Assembly (NCBI GenBank): GCA_041687695.1
Contig: JAWLBL010000001.1
Location: 145,710 to 209,709 of the forward strand
Source: Myxococcota bacterium
Lineage (GTDB): Bacteria; Myxococcota_A; UBA9042; PHBI01; JAWLBL01
Length of the DNA: 64,000 nt
Reading direction: 5' to 3'
Of the stretch, positions 8,799 through 18,751 are shown piece after piece. A program made the translations under genes and the position numbers. The notes beneath the pieces were generated by a model that did no database searches, had not been told where the DNA came from, and worked only from the letters and a program-made list of their open reading frames with translations. How positions within the stretch are numbered: position 1 is the stretch's first letter; every line of letters starts with the position of its first letter.

Positions 8799-9724
8799 CG
8801 CCACCCCACACCCGTCGGTCCGACCGTCAGACCGGACGTCGGCTCGCCGGCCTCGGACGGGCCCTGCCACAGCAGCCAGCCGGCCACGGCCCCGGCCACC
8901 CCGACCGCCAGCGCGACGTCGGCCACCAGGCTGGCGGCGGCCACCTCCTCTCGCAGCGCCGCGTGGCGCCGCGCGTCGTCGGCCGTCGGCGCGTCGAGCC
9001 GCTCGATCTCGCGCAGATCCCGATGGTCGCCATAGGCCATCGCCCCGAACACGCCCGCGGTCGCCAAAGCGAGCCCCGCCCCGCCCCAGGCCACCCAGGA
9101 CGCCGTGTTGCTGGGGGCCACCGGAGCCTCGACGCCCGCGACCGGACCCAGGGTCGCCGTGGCCAGCTCGCCGGCCGCCTCCCAGCGCTCGCGCGGCCCC
9201 AGCGTGCGCGCCAGCCGCGTCGTCGCCGACCCCAGGCGCAGCGACACCGTGGTCGCCCCCGGGTCCACCCGCACCTCGCAGGGCGTCGTGCAGCGGGCCT
9301 CGCCCGACGGCGCGTTGACCACGGCGGCGGCCCCCGGCGGCGTCGAGGTCACCACGACCGTCGCCTGATCGGCCTCGCGGCTGACCTGCGCCGCGTCACG
9401 GCGTCGCCGCACGTCCGAGGCGGCCGCCGAGTCGGGCGCCTCGGCCAGGAAGCGGTCGTAGTACTCGATGGCCAGCGCCCAGCGTCCCTGCTGCTCGTAG
9501 GCCACCCCCACGTTGAACAGGTAGACCGGGTCGGGGAACAGGTCGTAGGCGGCCTTGAAGCGGTCGGCGGCGGCGTCGTAGCGCCCGGCGGCGAACTGAC
9601 GCTCGCCGGCCTCGAACTCGCGCACGGCGGCCGCCTGGCGGGCGCGCGGGTCCGGCTGGGCCCGGGCTGCGGGCGCGACGGCGAGCAGGGACGCGGCCAG
9701 GAGCGTGGCGACGCGCCGCCTCAA
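8792..9724 (-). CDS. TPR + PEGA domain exported protein
   Basis: Signal-like N-terminus, TPR (AGRYDAAADRFKAAY..LFNVG.AYE), PEGA (VTSTPPGA); TTG start overlaps the kinase stop (TTGA). Confidence 0.75.
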   Translation of the reverse strand: MRRRVATLLAASLLAVAPAARAQPDPRARQAAAVREFEAGERQFAAGRYDAAADRFKAAYDLFPDPVYLFNVGVAYEQQGRWALAIEYYDRFLAEAPDSAAASDVRRRRDAAQVSREADQATVVVTSTPPGAAAVVNAPSGEARCTTPCEVRVDPGATTVSLRLGSATTRLARTLGPRERWEAAGELATATLGPVAGVEAPVAPSNTASWVAWGGAGLALATAGVFGAMAYGDHRDLREIERLDAPTADDARRHAALREEVAAASLVADVALAVGVAGAVAGWLLWQGPSEAGEPTSGLTVGPTGVGWRW

Positions 9725-11442
9725 GGGCCGCCCTCCCCTTCGGGCAGCGCCGGGCGCATCAGCAGCCCGGTCGGATCCTTGGGCGCCGGGGTCGCGGCGG
9801 CGGCGGGCGCGGCGCGGACGGCCCTGGGGCGCGGCGCAGGTGCGGGCGCCACGCGCGCGGGGGCCGAGGGCGGCTCGGGCTTTGCGTCCTCGAGCGCCAG
9901 CGTCACCTCGGCCGTCTCGGACCGCGCAGCCGACAGCCGGACGACCTGCTCGCGGTGCCCGACGTAGCGCAGGGTGTAGGCGACCTCGCCCTCGCCCGCG
10001 GTCAGGGCCCGTTGGAAGGGCGCGGTGCCCAGCACCTGCCCGTCCAGGACGATCTCGGCGCCGCGCGGGCGCACGTCGAACCGGTGCAGGACGGGCGTCG
10101 CCTCGGGCGCGTCGGCGGTCTGGGGCGGAGGCAGGCTCGGCCGCGGCTCGGCGCGAACCAGCTCGGGCTGCACCGCCTCGGGGGCCGGCGTCGTCGGGCG
10201 GGGGTCGCGCTCGGCCACCGCCGAGGGCGCCTCCAGCGGCGGCCCGGACGGCGGCGACTTCGGCCAGACGGCGACGCCCACCGCCGCGCCCACCGCGACG
10301 ATGGCCGCGGCCAGCGCGACCACGCGGCCACGCGGCGTCGAGACCGTCGAGCGCGCGTGCGGCAGGGCCTGGGCCGTGGCGGCGTGCTCCTGGGTGGCGG
10401 CCGGGACGGGCGGGTCGGTGGGCCCCCGACTCGCCGGCCGCGCCGGCTCGGGCGCGGCGAGGGCCGAGGCGGCGGCGGCCTCGAGGGCGTCGGCCAGGGC
10501 GTCCGCGTCCGGGAAGCGCAGCGCCGGGGACTTCTGGAGGCAGCGCAGGACGATCGCGTCGAACCAGGCCGGGCACGAGGGCGCGACCTCGGACGGCGCG
10601 CGGGGCGGCCGCGTGACCTGGGCCGTCAGGATGTCGAGCGGGCTGGCGCCGCCGAAGGCGACCTCTCCGGTGACCAGTTCGAACAGCAGGCAGCCCAGCG
10701 CGTAGAGGTCGGCCCGTCCGTCGACCGCGCCGCCCCGCGCCTGCTCGGGCGCCATGTAGTGGGGCGTGCCGATGGTGCGGCCGGTGCGGGTCAGCCGGTC
10801 CTGCTGCCCCTCGGCGGCGCCGTCGGGCCCGGCGATGGCGCCGGCGATGCCGAAATCCAGCACCTTGATCGCCGGGTCGGCCCCCGTCGGCGCGGGCAGC
10901 ACCCAGACGTTCTCGGGCTTCAGATCCCGGTGCACGAAGCCGGCCCGGTGGACAGCGCCCAACGCCCGCGCCACCTGCGCGCCGACGCGCGCGGCCGCCG
11001 TCGCCGACAGCGGCCCGGTCGCCTCCATCCAGGCCAGGAGATCCTGCCCCTCGAGGTGCTCCATCACCAGGTAGTGCAGCCCGTCGCGCGTCACGCCGAA
11101 GTCGGTCGGCTCGACCACGCCGGGGTGCCGCACGGCCGCGGCGGTGCTGGCCTCGCGCAGAAAGCGCGCCCGCGTCTCGCGCACCAGCAGCAGCTCGGGG
11201 TGCAGCAGCTTGATCGCCACCGCGCGCCCCAAGAACAGGTGACGCGCCCGCACCACCAGCCCCATCCCGCCCTCGCCGAGCAGCCCCTCGACCAGGTAGC
11301 GCCCGTCGAGCACGTGCCCGGCCAGGGCGCCCGGGTCGGCCGCGTACTCGCGCAGCGCGGGCCGCAGGACCTCACCGTCCGTCGGGCAGGCCACGAGGTC
11401 GGGGCCGTCGAACTCTTGGTGGCAGCGCAGGCAGACCTTCAT
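9721..11442 (-). CDS. Membrane Ser/Thr protein kinase with N-terminal Zn-ribbon and C-terminal PEGA-like domain
   Basis: GEGGMG, VAIK, HRDLKPEN, DFG, GTPHYMAPEQ; CxxC..CPxDG N-terminus; TM segment. Confidence 0.92.
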   Translation of the reverse strand: MKVCLRCHQEFDGPDLVACPTDGEVLRPALREYAADPGALAGHVLDGRYLVEGLLGEGGMGLVVRARHLFLGRAVAIKLLHPELLLVRETRARFLREASTAAAVRHPGVVEPTDFGVTRDGLHYLVMEHLEGQDLLAWMEATGPLSATAAARVGAQVARALGAVHRAGFVHRDLKPENVWVLPAPTGADPAIKVLDFGIAGAIAGPDGAAEGQQDRLTRTGRTIGTPHYMAPEQARGGAVDGRADLYALGCLLFELVTGEVAFGGASPLDILTAQVTRPPRAPSEVAPSCPAWFDAIVLRCLQKSPALRFPDADALADALEAAAASALAAPEPARPASRGPTDPPVPAATQEHAATAQALPHARSTVSTPRGRVVALAAAIVAVGAAVGVAVWPKSPPSGPPLEAPSAVAERDPRPTTPAPEAVQPELVRAEPRPSLPPPQTADAPEATPVLHRFDVRPRGAEIVLDGQVLGTAPFQRALTAGEGEVAYTLRYVGHREQVVRLSAARSETAEVTLALEDAKPEPPSAPARVAPAPAPRPRAVRAAPAAAATPAPKDPTGLLMRPALPEGEGGP

Positions 11443-11558
11443 CCGATGGCGGAGCCTACCATCCGTCCGCCTTCGGGGGAACGACCGGCCTGCCACCTGA
11501 CCGGCGTCCGGAACGGCCGGTTGCCCCCGTCGCCCCGCCCCGCATAGACTCGCCGACC

Positions 11559-12701
11559 GTGAGCGCCGACACACCGACCCGTGGCCCCACCGAGCGCACG
11601 CTGCTCGCCCTCGGCGAGGCGTCGGGCGGCGTCGCCCACGACTTCAACAACGCGCTGACCGCCATCCTGCTGCGCGCGACCCTCATCAAGGCGACCAGCA
11701 GCGATCCCAGGGCCGTGCGCCACGCCGAGGCCATCGTCGAAGCCGCCCGCGGCGCCGGCGAGGTCGTCGAGCGGCTGCGGACGCTGCTCCGCCCCGACAC
11801 GCGCGCCGACTTCGTGCAGGTCGACCTCGAGGCCGTCGCCCGCCAGGCCGCCGAGCTGGCCGGCCCGCGCGCCCGCCGGCAGGACGTGCGCCTGCGCGTC
11901 CACGCGAGCCCCGTGGCCCCGGTCGCCGGCCGCCCCGCCGAGCTGCTCCAGCTGGCCGCCAACCTGCTCAACAACGCCATCGACGCGACCCCCGCGGGCG
12001 GCGCCGTCACCCTGACCGTGCGCGGCGACGGCCCGACGGCGCGCCTCGAGGTCGCCGACGAGGGCCCGGGCCTGCCTCCCGAGGTCGCCGCCCGCCTCTT
12101 CGAGCCCTTCGTCAGCACCAAGGGCGGCGCCGGCACCGGCCTGGGCCTGGTGCTGTGCCGCCGCATCGCCGAGCGCCACGGCGGCACGCTGCGCCTCGAC
12201 CCGCGCGACCCGAACGGGCTGGTGGTCTGGACCGCGCTGCCCCTCGCGGACGCCGCCGTCCCCGCCCCGCGGCGGCCCACCAGCCTCGAGCTGGCCGCCG
12301 TGACCCAGACGACCCGCGTCCTGCTGGTCGACGACGATCTCGCCACGCGCGAGGCCCTGGTCGTCCTGCTCGGCGCGGCCGGCCTCGACGTCACGCCGGT
12401 CGACTCGGTGGCGCGCGCGCTGGCCCACCTGTCCGAGGCGCGGGTCGACGTCCTGGTCACCGACCTGTCCCTGGGCGCCGGCGGCCGCGGCGTCGATCTC
12501 GTCCGCGCGGCCCGCGCCGCCGACCCGATGCTGCCGGTCGTCGTCGTCAGCGGCGAGCTCGGGGCCGACGACCCGCGCGCCGCCCCGGCCGGCGCCGACG
12601 TGGTGCTGCGCAAGCCGGTCGAGCCCGGTACGCTGGTGGCCCGCGTCCGCGAGCTGGCCCAGCGCCGCCGCGACGTCGAGGCCACCCTGGCGATCCCATG
12701 A
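11559..12701 (+). CDS. Hybrid histidine kinase/response regulator lacking a sensor domain
   Basis: AHDFNNAL, NLLNNAIDA, DEGPG, GTGLGL, REC (VDDD, TDL, KP). Confidence 0.88.
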   Translation: MSADTPTRGPTERTLLALGEASGGVAHDFNNALTAILLRATLIKATSSDPRAVRHAEAIVEAARGAGEVVERLRTLLRPDTRADFVQVDLEAVARQAAELAGPRARRQDVRLRVHASPVAPVAGRPAELLQLAANLLNNAIDATPAGGAVTLTVRGDGPTARLEVADEGPGLPPEVAARLFEPFVSTKGGAGTGLGLVLCRRIAERHGGTLRLDPRDPNGLVVWTALPLADAAVPAPRRPTSLELAAVTQTTRVLLVDDDLATREALVVLLGAAGLDVTPVDSVARALAHLSEARVDVLVTDLSLGAGGRGVDLVRAARAADPMLPVVVVSGELGADDPRAAPAGADVVLRKPVEPGTLVARVRELAQRRRDVEATLAIP

Positions 12702-12958
12702 CGCCGGTCCCGCCCCGCAGGGAGACGCCGCCCATGATCGACCCCGAGCCGCTGGCCCCGCACCTGCACACGCTGCGCCGCGCGCTCAACGGCGTCGTCC
12801 TGCAGGTCGAGGTGGCCCGCCTGGCCGCGCCAGACGCCAGCGACATGCTTGCGCAGGCCCTGGACCGCATCCGGGACGAGGCCCGCCGCGCGACCGGCGA
12901 GGTGGAGGCGCTCGAGCGGGCCCTGCGCGGGGCCGCCCCCGGCGAGGAGGCCCCGTGA
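12698..12958 (+). CDS. Small stand-alone HisKA/DHp-like helical protein
   Basis: ATGA and GTGA overlaps with both neighbours; HTLRRALNGVVLQVE resembles an H-box helix. Confidence 0.6.
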   Translation: MTPVPPRRETPPMIDPEPLAPHLHTLRRALNGVVLQVEVARLAAPDASDMLAQALDRIRDEARRATGEVEALERALRGAAPGEEAP

Positions 12959-14421
12959 CCTCCTCGAGCGTGAACCGCCAGGTGCTGATCGTCGAGGACG
13001 ACGCCGCCACCCGCGACGCCCTGGCGCTGCTCGTCGGGCGCCGGGGTCACCGCGTCTTCACGGCCGACACCCTGGCCCAGGCGCGCGCGACGCTCGAGCA
13101 GCACCCCGACCTCGACTTCGTGCTGACGGACCTGGGGCTCCCCGACGGCGACGGGCTCTCGCTGCTGGCCCCCGAGGCGGGGCTGACCGCGCGCCACGCC
13201 TTCGTCGTCCTCACGGGCGAGCGCCGCATCGAGCGCGCCGTCGAGGCCATGCGCCTGGGCGCCATCGACTTCCTGAACAAGCCCGTCGAGCCCGACACGC
13301 TGGCGCTGACCCTGACCCGTGTCGAGCGCCACCTGGACGACCAGGACGCCCAGCGCGAGCTGCGCCGCGAGCTGGCGCGCCACGGCGCGTTCGAAGGCCT
13401 GGTCGGTCGCACCGACGCCATGCAGGCGGTCTATGCCCTGGTCGAGCGGGTCGCGCGCAGCCGCCTGCCGGTCTTCGTGCTCGGCGAGAGCGGCACCGGC
13501 AAGGAGCTGCTCGCCCGCGCGATCCATCGGGTCAGCCAGCGGCGCGCCCGCCCCTTCGTGGCCATCAACTGCGGCGCCATCCCCGACGCCCTGGTCGAGA
13601 GCGAGCTGTTCGGCCACGAGCGCGGCGCCTTCACCGGCGCGACCACCCGCCGCGCGGGCGTGTTCGAGCAGGCCGACCAGGGCACGCTCTTCCTCGACGA
13701 GCTGCCCGAGATGCCGCCCGAGCACCAGGTGTCGCTGCTGCGCGTGCTGGAAGAGGGCCGCGTCCGCCCGGTCGGCAGCGCCCGCGAGCTGCCGGTCGAC
13801 GTCCGCGTCGTGTCGGCGACCAACCGCGACCCGGAGCAGGCGGTCCGCGAGGGACGCCTGCGCGAGGACCTGTTCTTCCGCCTGCACGTCTTCCCCATCA
13901 CGCTGCCCCCGCTGCGCGATCGCAAGGACGACATCCCGCTGCTGGCCGCCCACTTCGTCCGCCAAGTCGCCCAGTCCGAGGGCGGCCCCGAGCTGCCCCT
14001 GACCGACGCGGCCATGGACGCCCTGCGCGCCCACACCTGGCCGGGCAACCTGCGCGAGCTGCGCAACGTCATCGCCCGCGCCTGGCTGCTGGCGCCCCAC
14101 GACACGGGCGGGTCCATCGATCGGCCGCACCTGCCGCCCGCCATCGCCCAGCTGGCCTCGCCCGGCGCCGCGCGCGTCGCCCCGGCCGCCGCACCCGCGC
14201 CGGCCGCCGCCACCGCCGTCGCCCCGGACACCGACGACGCGATCCGCGTCCCCATCGGCACCACCCTCGCCGACGCCGAGCGGGCCCTGGTCGAGGCCAC
14301 CCTCGCCCGCTTCCATGGCCACCGCGAGCGGACCGCGCAGGCCCTCGGGATCACCCCCAAGACCCTGTACAACAAGTGCCGCGCCTGGGGCCTGCAGCCC
14401 CCCCGCAACGTCCGCTCTTGA
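12955..14421 (+). CDS. Sigma54-dependent NtrC-family response regulator
   Basis: REC, GESGTGKE, GAFTGA, LFLDE, WPGNLREL, C-terminal Fis-type HTH. Confidence 0.95.
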   Translation: MTSSSVNRQVLIVEDDAATRDALALLVGRRGHRVFTADTLAQARATLEQHPDLDFVLTDLGLPDGDGLSLLAPEAGLTARHAFVVLTGERRIERAVEAMRLGAIDFLNKPVEPDTLALTLTRVERHLDDQDAQRELRRELARHGAFEGLVGRTDAMQAVYALVERVARSRLPVFVLGESGTGKELLARAIHRVSQRRARPFVAINCGAIPDALVESELFGHERGAFTGATTRRAGVFEQADQGTLFLDELPEMPPEHQVSLLRVLEEGRVRPVGSARELPVDVRVVSATNRDPEQAVREGRLREDLFFRLHVFPITLPPLRDRKDDIPLLAAHFVRQVAQSEGGPELPLTDAAMDALRAHTWPGNLRELRNVIARAWLLAPHDTGGSIDRPHLPPAIAQLASPGAARVAPAAAPAPAAATAVAPDTDDAIRVPIGTTLADAERALVEATLARFHGHRERTAQALGITPKTLYNKCRAWGLQPPRNVRS

Positions 14422-14638
14422 GGCGCCCCGATCGCCTCGGTGGCGCCCCGCGCCGTTTCCGACCCCAACGTGGATCGGCCCCGATCCGCGCGCGAGACTG
14501 CACCCAGGTCCCGGAAGCGGTAACCGCTCCCCCGGTTCCTCCCATCATGATCCTTGGGTCCCTCTGCCGGTGCATCCGTGCGCCGGTTCCCCTACCGACT
14601 TCCGGGACCTCTTTCCCCCTCCGCCGCGGCGACCCACC

Positions 14639-16528
14639 TCACCAGTAGGTGACGCCCGGCACGTGCGACGCGCCCTCGAGGACGGCCCCCCCGTGCGGGA
14701 CCCGGACCTCGACCGTGACGTCGTGGGGGAACGCCGGGTCGGACGACACGAAGGTGCAGTGAAAGCTTTTCGCCAGCGCCTCGGCGAAGAGCGCCTTCTG
14801 GATCTGCTGGTCGAGGAACGCCTCGAGCTGCACGGCCGTCCCGCCGGTCGCGCAGCTCACGAGGCGCGCGTTCGGGTACGACCCCATCAGCATGGGCTCG
14901 GGCCAGCCAGGGCTGACGCTGTGGACGACCGCGTGGCGGTAGAGCTTGCCGATGGTCGTCAGCAGCGAGTGTTTCACGGCCGCTTCGCTGCTGCCGTCGC
15001 CGACGTCGTGGGCCGGAGCGTCGGTGATCAGCAGCATCACCTTCTGGGCCCCGGGTCGCCACTGCAGCGTGTCCATGGCGTGGACGAGGGCGTCCAGCGC
15101 GTTCTCGGGGGCCTCCCAACCGCCTGACGCGAGCAGGTTGCCCAGGTATTGGGTCACCTTGGTCAGATCGGCGGTGAGCGCCAGCGGCTGGAAGTGTTCG
15201 GCCGGCGCGTGATCCGTGAAGGGCACCACCGCGAACTGCACGTTCAGCCCCGCGCCCGACAGGAAGGTCGCCAGCTGCTGCGTGGAGTCTCGGACGTGGT
15301 CGATCTCGTCCTGCATGCTGCCGGTGACGTCGACCACGAAGACGATGTCGGCGGTGGCGTGGGTGCTGTTGGGCAGCGGCACGCAGGTCGCGGGGACGTG
15401 CTGTCCGTCCTCGGTGACGCGGATCCAGCCGCCGGCCGGCTCGGGCTCGCCAGGTGACCAGGCGGCCAGCGCGTCGACGAAAGCTCCGGTCACCAGGTTC
15501 CGGACCGGCGCCACGTTGACGAAGGCCGTGTCGAGGGCGTCCTCGATGCCCACCTCGAAGGTCACGAGCAGCGTCGTCGGGTCGGCCGGCGGCGTCCACG
15601 GCTCGTGCCCCTGCGGCGGCAGGGGCGTGCACGCGTTCAGGCGCGCGCAGCCGGTGGAGGGCCCGCAGTCGAACTGGCAGGTCGGGGGCCCGTCGCCGTC
15701 CTGGACGCAGCGCTCGTAGGCTCCGCAGGGCTTGGGCAGCCACGTCACGCCGTCGGCGGCGCACTCGGCCCAGGCGTTCGAGGCGCCGCACCGCGCCTCG
15801 CCGGGCGAGCAAGCACCCGGCAAGCACCCCAGGCCCGGGACGCACTGGCCGTCGGCGCCGCAAGCGCCGGGCAGGATCAGCGCGTCCGTGGCCGGGTTGG
15901 GGCATACCAGCTCCAACGGCCCGTCGAGGCACGAGGCGCACTCGCTGGCCTGGCAGCCGGGCGCGGTCGCCAGGACCGACAGGCCGTCCTTGCCGCAGGT
16001 CCCGACGCCGCCGCTCTCGGCGCAGGCCGTATGGCCCGGCGTACAGATCCAGGGGACGCACCCCTTGCCCGTGACGCAGGTCGTGTCGGGCGGGCAGGCC
16101 TCCATCGCGCCGCCCGGCACCAGCCCGGTCCCCGCGGCGTTGCACTCGCCCCGCTCGCCGCCGACGCACACGGCTGCGCCCGGCGCGCAGACGACGAGCT
16201 TGCACAGGACCGTCTCGGGATCGCAGCGCTTGAGTCCGTCGCAGAAGCCGATGGAGGTCCAGCCCTGGCCGTTCGCCTTGCAGCGCGCGCGCTCCTTGGG
16301 CGAGGCGCAGAAGACCTCGTCCGGGGTGCACACCTGGCCGTCGGCGCCCGCGTCGGTGGGGCCCACCTCGAGCAGGACCAGACCGTCGGCCTTGGTGTCC
16401 GGCGACGCGTCATCGGCCCCGCCGACCGTGCCCGAGCACCCGGCCGTGCCCCCGACCCATCCCCCGAGCAATCCGACGCTGAGCCCCAAGATGCCGATTA
16501 TCGCATGCGTTTTTCGGCCACGAAGCAT
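14639..16528 (-). CDS. Cys-rich exported/lipoprotein with C-terminal vWA domain
   Basis: Hydrophobic N-terminus with TAGC, Cys-rich repeats, MIDAS-like DVTGSM and LITDA. Confidence 0.8.
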   Translation of the reverse strand: MLRGRKTHAIIGILGLSVGLLGGWVGGTAGCSGTVGGADDASPDTKADGLVLLEVGPTDAGADGQVCTPDEVFCASPKERARCKANGQGWTSIGFCDGLKRCDPETVLCKLVVCAPGAAVCVGGERGECNAAGTGLVPGGAMEACPPDTTCVTGKGCVPWICTPGHTACAESGGVGTCGKDGLSVLATAPGCQASECASCLDGPLELVCPNPATDALILPGACGADGQCVPGLGCLPGACSPGEARCGASNAWAECAADGVTWLPKPCGAYERCVQDGDGPPTCQFDCGPSTGCARLNACTPLPPQGHEPWTPPADPTTLLVTFEVGIEDALDTAFVNVAPVRNLVTGAFVDALAAWSPGEPEPAGGWIRVTEDGQHVPATCVPLPNSTHATADIVFVVDVTGSMQDEIDHVRDSTQQLATFLSGAGLNVQFAVVPFTDHAPAEHFQPLALTADLTKVTQYLGNLLASGGWEAPENALDALVHAMDTLQWRPGAQKVMLLITDAPAHDVGDGSSEAAVKHSLLTTIGKLYRHAVVHSVSPGWPEPMLMGSYPNARLVSCATGGTAVQLEAFLDQQIQKALFAEALAKSFHCTFVSSDPAFPHDVTVEVRVPHGGAVLEGASHVPGVTYW

Positions 16529-16856
16529 TCGGTCCTCGGCGCGCGGAAATGGTGTCCCCGGTGGTCGGGTTCGGATCTACGGTAGCCGAAGCGCTCATAT
16601 CAAGCCGGTCCCCGCCAGCCCCGCGCTGCGTGCCGGTCGCGTAGAGCCCGACGGCGCCCTCGAAGAGCCCAGCTTCCCTGAACCGACCCGCCGGCTCGGA
16701 GCCGCCGGTCCGTCGCGCAGGAGCCGCCCGTGGCGGTGCGCGCGATCTGCAACGGGGTGCGCGACAGCATGGTGCGCGCCTCGTCGCGGGCGCCCCTGCG
16801 CGGCGGACCCGCGGCCCCGATCCTCGGGTGCCCGCGGGCCCGCCGCGCGGTCGATC

Positions 16857-17420
16857 TCAGATCACGTCGATGTCGACGTCGAACACGATGACGACCTCGA
16901 CCCGGGTCTGCTGCGCGGGCAGCTGCGAGTCGGTGATCTCGGCGGTGACCGTGCCGCGCTGGTTGACCAGATAGGCCTTGAGATCGGCGTTGGTCGTCTG
17001 GAAGTCCACCGAGGTCTCGCCCGGCGGGAACTCCTCCTGGCGCGCGACCTCGATGCGCGGCAGCCCCTCGGCCTCGAGGAAGAAGACGACCGCGCCGAAG
17101 AACGACAGGTCCTGGCCCTCGGGCTCGAGGACGCGGAAGGTCACCCGCTCGAGGACGACGCTGTCGACGTCGTCGGGGTCGTAGCCCTCGGTCTGGAAGG
17201 TGCCCGACTGGGTGATGTCGAAGCTGGTGGCCTCGGCGAGCTGGGGGAACTGCTCGAAGAGGTCGCCGAGCACGCTGCGGCCGTCGACGACGACCTCTTC
17301 GGTGATGCGGACGTCGAAGTTGTCGAGGCGGCGCACCTCGTCGCAGCTGCTGGTCGAGGCGAGGGCGGCGAGGAGGACGAGGGCGACGGTGAGGGGCGCC
17401 TTTGGGCCGAGGCGAAGCAT
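16857..17420 (-). CDS. Hypothetical lipoprotein
   Basis: 3' part of ORF 16857..18680; RBS GGAGG, signal peptide ending STSSC, beta-rich acidic body. Confidence 0.7.
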   Translation of the reverse strand: MLRLGPKAPLTVALVLLAALASTSSCDEVRRLDNFDVRITEEVVVDGRSVLGDLFEQFPQLAEATSFDITQSGTFQTEGYDPDDVDSVVLERVTFRVLEPEGQDLSFFGAVVFFLEAEGLPRIEVARQEEFPPGETSVDFQTTNADLKAYLVNQRGTVTAEITDSQLPAQQTRVEVVIVFDVDIDVI

Positions 17421-17636
17421 GGAGGACCTCCGGGGGGAGACGAGACGGCGTGGAGGGGATTGGGGGCATGGTACCGCGGCCCCCGCGAGCGCGAAGCAAC
17501 GAGGCGCGCGGCGGCGCGTGGCCTTGCGAGACGCACCCTTGCAGCGCGGGGGAAAGCGGGTTAGGAGCCTGCAACGAGCTGAAGAACACCGCGGGCCGCC
17601 CACGGCGGGCGGGCCGCCGACGAGGGAGTGCCGTCC

Positions 17637-18692
17637 ATGGCTGAGCAGGCCCGCGCCTACGTCTGCGACTCCGACGCGACCGACGAGCTCGGCCGCGACC
17701 GGCTGCGCGACTTCCTGCAGCAGATGCTCCTCATCCGCCGCTTCGAGGAGCGCGCCGCCCGCGAGTACGCGGCGGGTCGCATCAGCGGCTTCTGTCACCT
17801 GTACATCGGCCAGGAGGGCGTCGCCGTGGGCGCCCTGGGCGCGACCGAGGCGCGCGACCACGTCATCACGGCCTACCGCGACCACGGCCACGCCCTGATT
17901 CGCGGCTGCACGCCCCGCGGGGTGATGGCCGAGCTGATGGGCAAGGCGACCGGCTCGTCGCGCGGGCGCGGCGGGTCGATGCACCTGTTCGCGGCCGAGG
18001 CGGGCTTCCACGGCGGCCACGGCATCGTCGGGGCGCACATCCCGATCGCGGCGGGCTTCGGCTTCGCCAGCAAGTACCGCAAGAGCGGCGACGTGACGCT
18101 GTGCTTCTTCGGCGAGGGCGCCATCAACCAGGGCGCCTTCTACGAGTCGCTGAACCTGGCCAGCCTGTGGGGCCTGCCGGTCGTGTTCATCTGCGAGAAC
18201 AACTACTACGCGATGGGCACACCCCTGCAGCGCGCCAGCGCCATCAGCGATCTGTTCACCAAGGCCGACGCGTTCGGCATGCGCGGCGACGTGGTCAACG
18301 GCATGGACGTCGCGGCGATGTGGCGCACGACCGGCGAGGCGGTGCAGCGCGCGCGCGCCGAGATGCGGCCGACCCTCATCGAGGCGCGGTGTTATCGCTT
18401 CCGCGGGCACTCGATGAGCGACCCGGCCAAGTACCGCACCAAGGAAGAGGTCGACGAGCGGCGGGCGAGCGACCCCATCCAGCTGGCGACCAACACGCTG
18501 ACCGAGCGCGACTGGGCCACCCAGGACGAGATCGACGCCTGGGACGAGGACGCCAAGGCCAAGGCGGCCGACTCGAGCGAGTTCGCGCAGGAGTCGCCGG
18601 AGCCGTCGCTCGACGACGTCGGCAACTACGTCTACGCGGACCCGATGCAGTGGCGCCCCGACGAGGCGACCTTCCCGCACCGGCGCGACTGA
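17637..18692 (+). CDS. pdhA: Pyruvate dehydrogenase E1 alpha
   Basis: GFCHLYIGQE, YRDHGH, GRGGSMH, GEGA..ENN TPP motif, YRFRGHSMSDP. Confidence 0.95.
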   Translation: MAEQARAYVCDSDATDELGRDRLRDFLQQMLLIRRFEERAAREYAAGRISGFCHLYIGQEGVAVGALGATEARDHVITAYRDHGHALIRGCTPRGVMAELMGKATGSSRGRGGSMHLFAAEAGFHGGHGIVGAHIPIAAGFGFASKYRKSGDVTLCFFGEGAINQGAFYESLNLASLWGLPVVFICENNYYAMGTPLQRASAISDLFTKADAFGMRGDVVNGMDVAAMWRTTGEAVQRARAEMRPTLIEARCYRFRGHSMSDPAKYRTKEEVDERRASDPIQLATNTLTERDWATQDEIDAWDEDAKAKAADSSEFAQESPEPSLDDVGNYVYADPMQWRPDEATFPHRRD

Positions 18693-18698
18693 CCTGCT

Positions 18699-18712
18699 CC
18701 CCCCCCCCCCCC
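18699..18712. repeat. C14 homopolymer between pdhA and pdhB
   Basis: 14 consecutive C. Confidence 0.8.
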
Positions 18713-18751
18713 AACGAATGGCCGTGACGAATCCGTGAAGGAGACCCCCGC

